Below the pieces are notes generated by a model that did not search any database, was not told the origin of the DNA, and saw nothing but the letters and a program-made list of their open reading frames with translations. From positions 795,957 to 859,956 of the forward strand of contig NMRA01000072.1 in the NCBI GenBank assembly GCA_002633005.1: a stretch of DNA of 64,000 nucleotides, written 5' to 3'. Positions 25,200-38,995 of this stretch are shown in pieces (the first letter of the stretch is position 1; every line of letters starts with the position of its first letter). The position numbers and the translations under genes were made by a program. The stretch comes from Phoronis australis (Eukaryota; Animalia; Phoronida).

Positions 25200-26330
25200 A
25201 ACAATTGTGAAAAAAATAACAAAAGAAAAGACTTGAACCTGAAATTGAAAAATGACTTCAAGAAAATACTAGATCTCTTGATAAGTGGCCTCATTACGTG
25301 TAGACTATGACCTACATTCCGCCCTCTACCGCGTATTAAAACACAATTTATCATAACATCACCAATCAACGTTACTATACGCTTTGCCAGAGCAAGTGTG
25401 TGGCATACACTTCCTCGAAGTTTTTCCCATAACACGGTCGTTTTGTCATTTTCGATTTTCACATTTATTCGATCACGGCTACTGGACTACATTTTACAAC
25501 AGTATAAAAAATAACAGATAAAGATCTTTACAAACAGTGTGCCATACATGATACCATCAAACAACTAATTTCAATTTAGACCACTTACTGTTATGACATA
25601 TGTTTTGTCTCCCTTTGATCCTAACTCACATAAGAGGTGATTTTAGGCCTTAGAGAGAACTGCCAATTTATTATACATGAGTTGACCAGCAGGCTTGGCT
25701 CAACAAGGCGCATTGTCATGGGCATGTCGATCTCAGCTATAAGAACTGTCCGTTCTCTCAAAGTTTAATGAAACCACTATTCACTGATCTGAGTAAGGTA
25801 GAACAGCTCTCAGTTTTCCGAGCTATACTTTTATAAACGGTAAGTGATCTTGTGTCTTTGATATGGGACGAGGGCAGTTTACAGCACTTGCTCTTGTAAC
25901 TGACAAAAATAAGCTTACATGATAAGCTTACACGGCAGCAACATAAGTCGATCAATACTGAGTGCATACCGTAGTACGCAGTAGATACATAATCTAGACC
26001 CTACTTCTACCAGCCAACCAATGTCACCGTTTTTATATTGCTTTCTTGACTTGGCAGATGGCAAATGGGTTCGTTTAGATACGAAAGTGGCTGATGCAGC
26101 TTGTCTTGAAATTTTACTTGCGCGCGCAATAGTTTTTCACTAGTTGTAACGGTTATAATTCTTAATTTTCCATCAGCACAGGTCCCAGGATACGTCGCTA
26201 TTCCGTTGCGTGCTTTTTCACAGAACCTTTGAGCCCCTTCATGAAGTAAAAAGATGGAACCGTCACACAGGCCGAAATAAATATGGTTGATCCAAGAATC
26301 CACTGAAATAAAATACATGGCTGAATTCAT
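25200..26330 (-). mobile_element. Heavily decayed DNA transposase remnant (Kolobok-like)
   Basis: W.NHIYFGLCDG and YPGTCADG fragments recall the Kolobok W..SI.NHL.W..C.HG motifs; broken frames. Weak call. Confidence 0.3.
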
Positions 26331-28464
26331 ATAGCAAGACAGATACGTATTAGCCGAAACTGATCGGTGTTGTATTAACTTGAGTTCACTGCAAACCTGA
26401 GGTGCTTCCGTAAACGTAAAACCCTCGCAAGCAATTTATTCTCGTGCAAAATCATCGCTTGCATATATCTATAGGTCCTAGCATCTAGAGCCTCGGAAAC
26501 AGTCACATTTGTGCACTCTCATCGACCAACCAGTCGCTATAATTGCTTGTGCGAATTAGATCCCGGCCGAGCGTATGCTAAACAACCACCTTTCTTTCAC
26601 TCACATAATTTTATGTAGTCTTACTTTTTAATTGCGAGTTCCTTGCATTTATAAAATTTTAACGCAACAACGAGCTCACCGTTGTGCGTCCGGTCGTGAC
26701 CCATGACGGCCGACTTGAGTGCCGAAAAAGTGAAAGCGAACGTATGGGGAGTAAGTGAGTCGTCCAAGGTATTTTGTAAGAGTGAAATTTCGCAACTCGG
26801 ACGTCAAACTTGACCAGGGTTCCTATTCAGACCCTTAATCATTTATAACAGACCCTCCAGGCCAAATGAGTTGGCTTCACACGTTCCACCGGACGGTTCT
26901 GGGGGATGTCAGCGTGAATCATCATGAACCATTTTAGTAAAACCGGAGTTACGATTCTCCCTTGAGTTGAGACTTGCCGTACAACCTTTCAGACAGCCCC
27001 AGAGCCCCGTTGCAAAAATGTTACACGCTGTAGTGAAAAACATTGACATGACCGTGTCAATTGAGAGCCGCTTTTGCCGGAGAGTTCTGACGTCTTACAA
27101 GAATCGGACAATTAGCCGAAAATTTTTGAAACCCAACTTGCTAAAATCTTACGGAAAAACATTTCTATGAAAATTTAATGCTAACAAATCCGTTTGCGAA
27201 AGGTGTTAGTAATTTTCTTATATGTATTGTCTACATACAATGAGCGAGCTGAATTTTTAGAAGCAGCCCCGGTTGCCTCGGTCCCTCGGCAGTATAGCAC
27301 AAACAACCCGCCTCCCCCTTTTTGCTGGTAGGCCAACTTCGTGTAGCGATCGCCCCGAATGACAAACGCAGCAAGCCTCCTGAAACCACAGTTAAATTAG
27401 GCACAACCCTGACTCTCTCATAAATGGGCGGCGCACCAAGAGGGCTGGGGGGGGGGGAGACTTTTTTCAGTGCTCGGCTAGCGCCCATAGACCATGGGCG
27501 GTGCACCACAGGGGGGCCGCTGGGGGCTATAGCCCTCCACTTTTTTCAGTGTTTCGCTTCACGTGTCTTTGGTGGAAGGGCAGGGGTGTCCCAAAGGAAA
27601 TACCTGGGTATCTCTGAAACCGGGAAAATAGGTAGCTGACATAATCTGACGAACACACTCATTGCGCGAGACAATGGCACTTGAGCTCCCGATCATCACC
27701 AGCATTTCGACTCGCCGGGGTTCCGGTCGCCACGGCGACCGTTTTCCCACTCTGAACTAAACCCGAGCCAGCAAGGACAAAGTTGGCACACGTCCCTACA
27801 AATCTCTCAAATATGAGCTTCGCCCCACCGGTAACAACTCCATATGCCAATTGAAGCGTCAGAAATTGAAAGAAACATGAAAGGACAACTCTTACGGATG
27901 CCTACCTTCCGAGAGGCATTGCCCCGTGGTGGACCCGAAATCAGAAGAGTACTGCGGTACACTCTTGGTACAATCTGTCCATAGAACGCTCTCCGTAAAA
28001 TCAGTTGTCTTACAAGCATGGTCACTCAAATTTGAAAAGTGATGAACAATAGAGTTGTGTTACCGCGACTGACGTGTTTTACCGCACGTAGACTGTGTGA
28101 CATTATATGTTAATGAAGCTTGAAGCTTGAATTTATGGATGGCGATATAGAGGTCATGTGATTTGAAGGAACAGTCTCTGGACGGCTTTTGTTTCGTTTC
28201 ACAGGCTGAACACAGTCAGTCCTGAACGTTGTTCATCAGATTTTAAAATATTTCGTCTGATAACTAAGTGTTAAAATAGTTCTTATTATGGGCGGAAACC
28301 AGATGGACCAAAGTGATCGGTAAAGGGAGGTAAACGAACTAAACCCTGGAAGTAAAGCGTTCGCACCTCGTTAAAGTAGAAAAGTCCAACGTAAAAATCT
28401 CTAGTTCGACATCTACCCGCAGACACGGATTCAGAAGGGGGAGGGGCCAGTTACTTATGTCCAG

Positions 28465-28840
28465 TGGCCGGTTCCATGAAACAGTCCCAATAGCTAGGTA
28501 TGATTATGTTCCCTTTAACGCCATTTGCAGACTTGGTTTAGCCTACTCATTCTTTTCTACTTTTTTTCCTTTTCACGACACGTGAAAACCGAGTCCTCAT
28601 TTCAATGCAAATAAATAGGGACAAAGTCCTTAAATTGGGGGCATTGCATGAAAAGGTCCCTATCTTCAAAGTATTAAGAATTCAATGCAGTTTACTCGCC
28701 ATAGGTATCAGAGCTCAAACTTGACATAGAAATGAATATATAATTGCAGAAGAAAGAACAGTGTTTGCACGAAGTCCACAAATAACCGGAAAAATTAGGG
28801 AACATGGTCAAGACCCTATTGGGACTGCTTGCAACCGGCC
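28465..28840. mobile_element. Harbinger-like MITE
   Basis: ggccggttccatgaaacagtcccaatag / ctattgggactgcttgcaaccggcc imperfect TIRs. Confidence 0.55.
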
Positions 28841-29201
28841 AAAGATGTCCGAATCTTGTGTGCAGTCACTCAATGTTGCTGAACCCAGCGCCTCCTGTTG
28901 ATGCACTGTGAGAATGTTGTATCCAGCGCACCCACAAAAATGCGAGTTTTAAGTACAAGTACAATGGCGTCAAGCTACAAGTATATTTAAATACTTTTAA
29001 AAAACACGGCAGTCATTTGATCATAGAACTCGCCAGATTTATGATCAGACCAAGTTACCAAATGAATGTCTACATAAAAACAATCAAGAACGAACACTTG
29101 GAAGGTAGAGGAGCATTTTTTGATAATAAAGCCCATAATGCAACCACTGGCAGCATTTTTTAAAATCAAACAACAAATCGAGAGAATTCTGGACATGATA
29201 C

Positions 29202-29361
29202 CAACGGCGGATCCAGGATTATGAGTTAGGGGGGCTAGGACACAGTATTAGCCAGGATTTTGCCAGTCAGGCATTCGTACCCCCGAATTGCTAAATGGAA
29301 TCTGGGAGAAGTTTAGGGGAGGGCTGTGGCCCCCTTGTCCCCCACCCTAAATCCGCCATTG
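29202..29361. mobile_element. hAT-like MITE family A, copy 3
   Basis: caacggcggat...atccgccattg; flanks gatac / gataa. Confidence 0.75.
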
Positions 29362-29395
29362 GATAAAACAAAGAAGACAAATTCAACAAACATAT

Positions 29396-29401
29396 TTTAT
29401 T
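29396..29401 (-). terminator. Candidate polyadenylation signal of E2F4/5
   Basis: AATAAA on the minus strand ~2 kb past the stop codon, followed by a GT/T-rich tract. Confidence 0.4.
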
Positions 29402-31457
29402 ATTTCAGAAATACATGTTTTAGTGACATTACAAAACCAGTACAATTACACTGTGAATAATTTTTTTGAAGTAAATTACTATTGCAGATTTCAAATTTCA
29501 ATGCTATAATTTCATGTCAAAGCAGTTGGCTACAACAAATAGCCAACAACAAATGGTGCAGAAATATTGATGGATCCCAAATATACGAAATAACGACTTA
29601 TCACCTTGGGTACGGAGGTGCCACTGGGCCTTTATCATATTTAATGTTATTCAAAAATTTAAATTACAATCTATATTCAAAATACAAAAGCTTCAAACTC
29701 TGATAAAACAAGTTTGAGAAGGTTCAACAGGCCAAAACTCTCATCTGTGAGCTCTGTCGGGAACAAAGTACAGTGAAAAGAATCGCAGTAAATTACAAAA
29801 GTAATCCACAGACAGAATACAGTTTCCCCGTCAAGACAACTAATTCAGTACACAGGAAAAATGATGGGTAATGACTATTAAGGAGGTGCAAAATTGTAAT
29901 CACAGAAGAGCTAAGCCACCTTGCTATAGTTCCTGCTAATGCCCCTTCATTTTCGGTCATAAGCAAAGTCTACTCCGACAATGAATTCGGTTTTCACCAA
30001 GCCATCTGATAATGACGGGAATTCTGGCACATTTTTGTCTGAATACTTTTGGCGTGTTCTGTAGAATGACTAACTCGCCTTATTTCACAACTTGGATTAC
30101 TACCAACAAATGCATAACCAAAGCAAGATATGGATCACCACTCGACATTCTGTTCCATTCTCTGCCTGACATTAGTAGCGAGACGGACCACACGCAAACT
30201 GGCTTTAACGACGAACTTCATTAGGAAATTTGTACACAGAAAACGAAGCTGGAAAATCAGCAGCAGAAGAAAAAGATGACCAATCACACATCATTGATTT
30301 CATAACTCTGCAACTTCTATAACGGCCCTTGACAACTGTTATGATTTGAAGAATGACAGAGGAAACTAAGAATAAAATGCTCAAAAACACAAACTTGTAA
30401 ATTAATCTGCAACAAATCCTTTTCAGCGAAACTGAAGGCTACATAATCCAACCCCACGCAATGACACATCAGAAACCAACCCTTATTACAAACCAAAGTG
30501 AACCAGCAATCAGCACATGTATCGAACAATCAAACAACCTAAAATGTAAAGCACAATATTAGAACGGCATTTTTCGCAGCTGTTCATTATATTTTCAAAA
30601 TGATTTACAAAAGCATTCGAGTGCATTTAGCCTTTAGGCCTATGATCAAAATAATGAGTTTTTAAAAAGTATTTAACATACCGGCGCATGCACCTAAACT
30701 TCAGTATTAGACACTAACAGGCATCCCCTGTATGCATATATGTCCCAAACAAAAAACTTTGAAATCTCACCACAATAGGACACAGTATGGCAATCAAGTG
30801 ATATTTTATTACCATTTTTCCGCGAATTGTAGCACCAAATTAAACGATTTTCCATGTCCATGTTTTGTACCCATCAGAAACTTGAAAAATTGTGGGCATT
30901 CACAATATTAGCACAAGTTAAAAAGGACATTTTTGGCAATTATTTTTGTCCAAAAGTCGTGAGATTTTACTGTATGCTGTCCCTTATTACGAGTTAATGC
31001 TTTCATAGTTGACTAATATTGAAGTGAAATCATTTTGACATCTGTAACTGTAACACAACCTTCACGATATATTTTGCATACTGGCACATACAGTACACGC
31101 ATAGCTTCACATACAGGAGGACTGGGTCCAAACACATATAACTATGGTAGCAGTTGCTTGTCTGTGATATTTACATATGTACAAACTATCTACAGCTTAG
31201 AAAACAGGAATCAACAGATATCTATGCAACATATCCCAAAGAGTTAAAGATTTCAATAACTTTTGTGGTACAAACAAAAATGGAAATATTTTACATACTT
31301 ACGGTTTAGGTCTGTGTGTGAAAACTAATAAAGGTCTATTTTTGTGTGAATAGATGAAGGCAAGTGGAAATGGAACCATACATATAACCTGGTATTGATA
31401 AATGCACTCCTGGCTAGTAAATAAATATTTACACCATCAGCATGCCGGCCCACTCTG

Positions 31458-31573
31458 CTACATCTGAAGAAGATGGACGTCAAACAGATCTCCAACTCCC
31501 TCGCTGTCATCCAAATTGAAGATGTAGTCTCTATCACTAGGGGGCGGGCTAAGACGCAGTAAAGGTGTCAAAA
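31458..31573 (-). CDS. E2F4: E2F4/5 coding exon 9 (pocket-protein binding motif, stop)
   Basis: ctgcttcag| phase 1; (F)[37 protein letters not shown], matching E2F4 [26 protein letters not shown]. Confidence 0.92.
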
Positions 31574-32741
31574 CTGAAGCAGAATCAAAAGAACAATCAA
31601 AAGACTGACGCACAGTCTGTAATATAAAAGATCTCAGTCTCTGTTACAACAGAAACCTATCTGAGTCAACATAGCAACAACACGTCTAAAAGTACCGCGG
31701 TCTGAACTCAAACTATTAGGGTCATGTGATGTGACCTAGTTCATTGCGATGTGGTATCTACTTATGCCCAGATAAAAAAGCTGTTGTAAATCTGACATGA
31801 TGACGCATTAGAATTTTTGCGATGTTTGTTACAAAAAAGAATTATTCATAAACCTTGTGGCCTAGCAATGGGAGATTTTGTATTTTTCAGATGGCATAAA
31901 TAGAGAACGGAGTCTCTTTTTGATGTCATACAACTGTTACATCACAAGTGTTCCCTTGTCTGAACACTTCGGTAGCTTTTACAATACAGTGAATACTATA
32001 GTAAAAAAAGCAATTATGAAACTATTTTCATCTCTAATGAAAAAAGCACAAAAACACAGTACTTGAAAAACAGAACATGGACCTACTAATTTAAAGCAAA
32101 AGAAGACCGTTTAGCAGAATCTGAGACAATTATCCGGTCTGAATAAGAAATCCTGCCATTTTTAATTCCATCAACACAGGCACTGCCTTTTGTGGAAGTT
32201 CGTAAACAATATCAAAATTAACGGAATACAACAAATGTTTTTCAAAATGAACTATTCATTAATAACTAAAGCAGTAAATCAAGCAACTTTGACTTTTTGA
32301 TACTTATTTAATTTTGGGGTTCATCAGGCAGTTAAAATCACTAGCACCCAAAAAGAAATTCTTCGCCAAATTAGCTGACCAAAAACATTGCGAAAGCATA
32401 TTAATCATGAATTATCATTGAAATACTGGCTGTGCTTTCCATACTCTTGTGTACATAACATGACAAGTGTTTTTTTCTGTAAACGAAGAAAGCAGAGGCA
32501 AAATACACTACTTTTGGTTTTAGTGCCTCTTTTTTAAGTCTTAAATCATTTGATAAAAATCGAATTGCCATTAAACGTGTTTCAAAGACAACTTGGGTTT
32601 CAACTAAATTGCGTCAAAAATTTGAGATACGTTCTCTAAGTGGGAGCACCAGCTTAAAGTGTTCAGATATGAACCGCCTGAATAAGGGTACTATGTTCAG
32701 AAGAAGTTCTCAGCTTGTCCCTGGAAGGGTAATGTACTTAC

Positions 32742-32783
32742 AATCATTAGCCATTAGAGAGTCTACATCATACAGCTCAGGAT
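32742..32783 (-). CDS. E2F4: E2F4/5 coding exon 8
   Basis: tatttcag|..|gtaagt, 42 nt, phase 1-1; DPELYDVDSLMAND. Confidence 0.8.
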
Positions 32784-33425
32784 CTGAAATACACACAAAT
32801 AATACAATACACACTCGTCATGAAGGAAGGCAGTCCAACACAGGCCCTACCAGTAGCTATGATCACAATTCTTCAAATGTTTGTGACAAAACAATAGGTC
32901 AAAATTGCCGTCCCAACTAGTTTCTTGTTGAATCTTCAGGGACTGACCAACTCGGATAGTAAAAATAAACGTGTTACAAAACTACGACAATGATACAGCA
33001 CAAAATATGCCAACAATAAAGTACAACTTTGTACGGTAGAATCTCATGAAATCAGGACACATGATTAAAAGCCCCATGCATCCCCACCTTTGCATACCAA
33101 TGTTTTGGTTCAGATTATGGGTGGAATCTTTTTTAATACCGCGGATTAGCAATACTAATTACTTATATTAAAACATGGACTAAATGTTTGCCAGTGGCTT
33201 CCACAGAATGATTTGGCAGCATCAACGAGATTTATTTGAGCTTAAAGTCAGAAGAAAATTTGGCTTAACCAACTTCCTGTGATTTGTTCAACAATTACCG
33301 TGAGAGGGATGCATGACGCCACCTGTGACAAGATGATCGCACTGCGTGATGCGCGAACACTACTTGCGTCACAGTCGAATTGCACAGGTCAAAGAAACCT
33401 TTATGTGATGATTAGGCCAGCTTAC

Positions 33426-33621
33426 CTCTTAAAGCCGATTCAAAAGACAAATCGGCAGGCATGGACACTGGGAATTGCTGTGACGTAGTTGGATGCTCTG
33501 GCGCTATTTTCCTTGGTGATGACCTCGTCGCCATACGTGTTGCCGACGGCAAGTCGAAAGAACTGGTCGGTTGCGAGGGGCGCAAAGGCGACTTGGTAGG
33601 GGACTTAGTAGGGGTTCCGCA
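33426..33621 (-). CDS. E2F4: E2F4/5 coding exon 7 (S/T-P rich)
   Basis: catttcag|..g|gtaagc, 196 nt, phase 0-1; CGTPTKSPTKSPLRP..RMATRSSPRK..SALR. Confidence 0.82.
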
Positions 33622-34329
33622 CTGAAATGAGAGTCGCGTTTCAAGCAAGAGGATGGTAGACAACAGAGGCAACAAACCCCCTTTATAGAACATTCACCAT
33701 TGTTAGCCACTCAAACTGAGTTGACATTTCAATGATTTTTCCGGCATACAAATTTCATTTTCCAAAAATGAACCTCCCACAAAAAGTAAACCCAGTGACT
33801 TGATATAAGCGACTGTTACAAGCATAGCATAGTACAACAACTCACCATGTGACTCATAAATTGAGGGTTTTTAATATCTAATGAAATTTTTTCATTTACC
33901 CACTTCAATCAGCTTTCAATGCCATTTTCCATGATGAGTGACAACCAAGCCCACATGTTAATTCACAAGACAGCACCTTCCATGGCTTCATAACCAAACA
34001 TTACATGTAAGCCAAGTTTAAAGTATACTGAATCAAGAAGAAAACCACCACAAAAAGTTTACTGTCATGGACATCCTGTAAGTCTGACTTACCCAAAAAT
34101 TTAAACATTTGCCTATGTACCTGTTGGTGCATACCAATTAATCATATCAAAAATTTTGAAGGTAATAAACCACTGCAGAATAATTATGAATTTAAATCGG
34201 TTATGAGATTTAGACAAAATACTGGTAAAACACATGAAAAAGCACAACAGTATCATAATCACAGTTGCTGAGAATGGAGGGTAAGGCAAGGTTGGCGTTA
34301 ACATCAACCCAATCACTGAAATATGCAAT

Positions 34330-35900
34330 GAAACTAAAAATCACGCAATTTTCCGCGAACCGGTGCGTCCAGCGGGACGCAATTAACTTCTCACCAAAAC
34401 AAACTTCAGCTAAGTCACATCTTGTTTACTTTTATATTCAGTGAGTTTTACAACTTCATCAACTACGTAATTCACGAAAACGCTCTTTGTTCTGGCTTCC
34501 TCTTGTACTGCAACTGAGAGAAAAATTCTGACTTAATTGGTCAACCCAGTCTTACGAAACATCACCAGTCAACACATAGTGACCAGACGATAATTCACGA
34601 GACTCATACTAGTCAAACATATTCCTTATATGGAGTTTTGCCATGCCATTTACAACTCCTTACTTAAGCCGCAGTGAGCGAAGTCTTCGGTTTCAGGAGG
34701 AGTAATTATGGGATTTTGCACAGCCAGTGTTGTCTATGGTTTCCGTTATGGTTGACATGCGCATTCGACATACTCAGTCATGTCAGCTGCCGTCCAAAAG
34801 GAAGGATTATTATACAAATCGAGACGTTGACCCAGATTCTGGTATGACAAATAATCCAGGACCAGATCGTGCTAATAACGCATCCCAGTCAATGAAATGG
34901 AAATACACATTAAAAGAGCAGAGCACCTTTTAAAGTACCAGATTTTTGCCGGCAACATCCAACTTCGGCATTCTTATGAATGTTCGCGCTAAACTTGAGA
35001 ATAGATGGTTCTGAACAGGAAAAATGAGTTTGGGACAATTCTGAAAATATTGGAAATGGTATAGTTGCAAACGATTGAAAATCTAGTTGATAGTTTTCTA
35101 GAAATATTGATTTCAACAAGCCTTGCTCTCCGGTCCAAGTAAATAGAAATGCACATGAATCGGTTTGTTCGCCTAATTACATATTCAAGAAGCTGGATGA
35201 AACCTTAAGTTACGCACTCTACCTAATTGCATACATGGTGGACGAAACCGTAAACTCATATGTTGTGCAGTTCCTGCAAGAATTCAGGTCGTGTAGAGTA
35301 TTACCGATGGGTGTTCTATCTTTTTGACTTCAAATTCAGACGAAAATTATGAGGACATTGACTAAAAGAATGCAGAGCAAGACACGAGACTGAGAGAAAA
35401 CATAGATAGGCTTGAATGTCAAGACCATGCATGATAAAAATGCGACTAACTTGACCAAGACACTTCATTTGGACTGTCTACTTAGTGGGAAGACAGGATA
35501 TTGCTGCAGAAAACTTTGCCTCTAGTTAGACTTTTTGGACATAGTGGACGTTGACATCACAAATACGAAAATCACATTTTCATTTTTGAGTAAAATGTTT
35601 TCACATACAGTTTCAAACATATTTGTATGAACTTTCGTTTTGAGGATCAATGGATAAAAAATTGTCAATGACACTTTATTTCCACTTCACTGTAGTATAT
35701 ATGCTATTAGATGGGGAGATACGCCACAACATGGTGCCACAGCCGCAGCAACACCGACGGACCACCAGTACTGGTGGGAACAAAGCGTGTTCGGTCATTT
35801 TTTTGAAAAATTGGACTCCCAGTTTTGGAATCCTGAGTAAAACCCCGAGCTGTCAGGTTTGTGTTATATGCCTTAACTAAAGCAGAATGTTTACGAATTT
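34330..35900 (-). mobile_element. Decayed DNA transposase remnant (hATm-like) in an E2F intron
   Basis: Fragments RFRPP, YFHFIDW, ITPPET and QEEARTKSVFVNYVVDEVVKLTEY recall the F.PPG..H.ARW / IDW..TEPP / VVND.AER.VKL motifs. Confidence 0.35.
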
Positions 35901-36657
35901 GTTTAGCAAAATAAATTTCATTTTGGATTCCTAAATTATTGTTTGTCTCCACACTATAGGAAATAAGGAAGGATGAGGAGCTTGAACGTAGATTACAAGT
36001 GATTTTATCACACAACCTTTTGATTACTCTACTTCATAGAAGAAAGTGTGAATGTTGATTCCAAATGTGCATGCCTGACCCATGTTCAGAATGACAGTAT
36101 TAGTGAATTCATAATTGTTCCTTTATTCTTCCTTTGACACTAGATATTACATTTTGCATTGTCTTCTTGTTTTTAGTGTTTTTTTGCATTTTTGTTGCTA
36201 TGGGAATTTCAAACAGAATGAGCATAGGGACTCATAAAACTTAAAAAGGAGTAAAAAATTGAAAAGGACTCAAAATTTGTTAGGCCACTGAGTCCCAAGG
36301 ACTTGGTGGCAAACAATTTTAGCACCAACCCTGCAAGGGTAGTCCTGTGCACTCTTGTTTTGGCATTCCAGAGCAAACTCAATCTCTAGTTGCTAAGCTG
36401 CATGTTCCTTATGTTACAGCCTACATGCTCTGTGACCTGATAACTGACCGCACGTCTACTCGACAGCATAATAAATTCCAATTCAAGATACTAAGTTGGT
36501 AGATAGGCTGATAATTTGAACAGTAATGGAGAAGAGAGAAGTTTCACTCACCTAAGTAGAACTTTCAACAACCCAATATGAAAACTTGAAACACTTCCTG
36601 AAAAGAGGTGTCAGAACAGTTTCAAGTCACGGGCAAAACAATTCTCGTCTAACATAC

Positions 36658-36882
36658 CTTGACAGGTGGGCCGACTCGTTTCTGTGGTGACCTGGTTAAT
36701 GTGTCTGGATTTAAATTCTGGTTGGCCACTACACCTGAGGTCACGTCCATCGCCTCGTCACTAGGGGGTGGTACTTGCACTGCCACGGGGCTCGTCGTTT
36801 CTGTGTCTTTGTTCACTAACAGAACATTGATGGGACCAGAGTGACTTTTAAGATGTATCCGGTACTTGCGATTTCTTTGACC
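36658..36882 (-). CDS. E2F4: E2F4/5 coding exon 6 (marked box, C-terminal half)
   Basis: cttttcctcag|..aag|gtatgt, 225 nt; GQRNRKYRIHLKSHSGPINVLLVNKD..SPVAVQVPPP. Confidence 0.92.
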
Positions 36883-37344
36883 CTGAGGAAAAGTTTCTCA
36901 AATGTTTAATCAACTCGCACAAATTTCCATCCTAACAGTCCATTTAAATGCAATTGTCTACTTTTTACACACAGAGTCGTGTCTAGATTTAGATCACCCC
37001 ATTTGACAACAGTTGTCTTTACATTTAATTGATGCTGTGGAAAAACATCTCCTGACAATGCTTTTGTCAATAAAAGGGAACCATGGGACAGCAAGAAATG
37101 TAAGCGATTTTAAACTTTGTTAAAAGGAACAGCAAAAAAACGGCTCAATAATAACATATTAACTACTAATTAGGCCTACATCACAATTACGTTTCTTTTC
37201 GTTCCAGAAACAGATCAGAAAAATGTGCGCAACGCGTTTCCAACCTGACAAAAATATTTTAATTGTAGAAACAAGATATTTTTGTAGCGATCCCGTTTTA
37301 ATATAACCCGTACAACTGACAAAATCACATCACATGCGTAAATA

Positions 37345-37872
37345 GTTTAGAAATGTACCAACCCATCTCAAAGGAATGGCGGTAGGGCGAAGAGAAACCA
37401 TAAATATTTGAAGCTTATGTAAGACCCTATTGGCAAGTCAGTGTATTAAATCAAATATGTACAAAATTAATGTAAAAGTAAATTTTTTGAAAGCAAAAAT
37501 CACATAGAATTTGACTTTTTTACTTTCTCCCAATCTATCATTAATAGGTCAGATGACCCCGTCATTTTAGTAAAGAAAGGTATACTTGACCAGTTTTCTA
37601 AAATATCCAATCATTTTATGCAACTTTTGAGTTTTTCCACAAAAATCCTGAGAACCAGGTTTTCGAGTGTTCTACATAAAGTATAATAGTATCTGAAAGT
37701 TTCATTAAAATCCCATTAGCCATCTCTGAGATATGATGTTCCAAAGTTGAGCATTTTTGAGGGGTCTCTCACAGAAACTTAGGCTAGTCTTATTACGAGG
37801 ACAACTAATGACATAAGACTAAGGCAATTCCTCGCACAATCGCCCTGCGCTATCTACTAGGGGAGGCATAAC
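37345..37872 (+). mobile_element. Helentron-like non-autonomous element (second family)
   Basis: Subterminal inverted motifs gcggtagggcga / tcgccctgcgc, aaagtttcattaaaatcc..gagata core, 3' end ggggaggcataa. Confidence 0.4.
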
Positions 37873-37906
37873 TGATGAAAGAACAATCTGAATATGAAAG
37901 ACATAC

Positions 37907-37960
37907 CAGCCTCACATCTTGCGGACCAGCAGGGAGAGAGGGTTTATGACCAAGGTGTAC
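37907..37960 (-). CDS. E2F4: E2F4/5 coding exon 5 (54-nt insert in the marked box, possibly a cassette exon)
   Basis: ttgatttcag|..ctg|gtatgt, phase 0-0, open frame VHLGHKPSLPAGPQDVRL. Confidence 0.6.
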
Positions 37961-38995
37961 CTGAAATCAATGATACCAATGCTTCAGTAGCATACTAACA
38001 AGGTTGAACTTTCAAATAAACTGAGAGTTGAGAAGTTGTATACTGAAAGGACAAATGTCTTTAGATCACTTCAGTGATCTCTGTTTACTTAAAAATAATC
38101 AGGATTTAAAGAGAACTCGTGTTTACGTTTTGAATTTCGTGGCTGCCCAACAAAACAACCTCCACTGAATTTCACCTTTACATAATTAAAATAATTAAAT
38201 CTATCAACTAAGAAAGTTGACAGCATAATTTCGAAAATGAGGCTGGGACTAAATGTCTTTACATAAGTGTTATTTTGTTGATTAAGCAGTAGACAGGGGA
38301 AAATATCTTTTAAGAAGTCAACCCTCGCTGGTCCCCTACGTGCCTATCCAGCACACAGGTATCACGCAGTGGCACGGGCTTTAGCATTGGTTGATGAAAC
38401 CTCAGCAGTCATTGGTCAGCTTTACAACACCGTGAAAAAATGGCACACTATGAACGAATTTAGCCTTGTCATGCAAGTGGCATCGCAGCAACTATTTCGT
38501 TTGTGCAGTGATGTTTAATAGCCGCGTGCTTGAAGCACGTACATGAGCAATAAACACATATCTGGCCAATTTAACGGTGTGTTATTCATATGAGAATACA
38601 AGACAGCATTGTAAACAAAAGTCATCGACAGTAGAAAGATGCATTCCAAAAAGGGGCAACCACAATTTCTAGGATTCACATTTCCTGAACATAAATTTTA
38701 CACACCGATTTGTCTGCCCAACAGACCACGTTTACACTTCAGACCATCAGTCATGCCAGTTTGTTTGCGTAAAGAGCTGCCTGTTGAGAATTCGGCTAGC
38801 TTATCAGAAACGCCGGTGTAAAAAAATTTCCCAAGGAAAATTAAGTGATACCTGCGTGCTGGCGCGGCTACCGCCCCACCAAGCGACACGCAAGGAACCA
38901 GCGAGAAGTCAACCACAAAATTGACATATCCGGGACAAGATAACTCATGATCATTATCAAGTCCTAGCCCCAAAACACTCAGTTTGAGTACAGAC

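Noticed and set aside
26700-28100. GC-richer region with several short ORFs
   Set aside because: No convincing domain or splice-consistent model; probably TE-derived but cannot be assigned by eye.
31325-31537. ORF-track 70-aa ORF as the E2F last exon
   Set aside because: Wrong frame; the conserved DY.FNL..EG..DLFD motif is in the frame ending at 31458.
32784-32880. Additional E2F exon ending at ~32815
   Set aside because: It would leave a ~31-nt intron and is not needed for phase continuity.
36758-36772. CTCF-like words inside E2F coding exons (also ~31536)
   Set aside because: They arise from Pro-Pro-Ser codons (ccc cct agt) and are explained by protein constraint.
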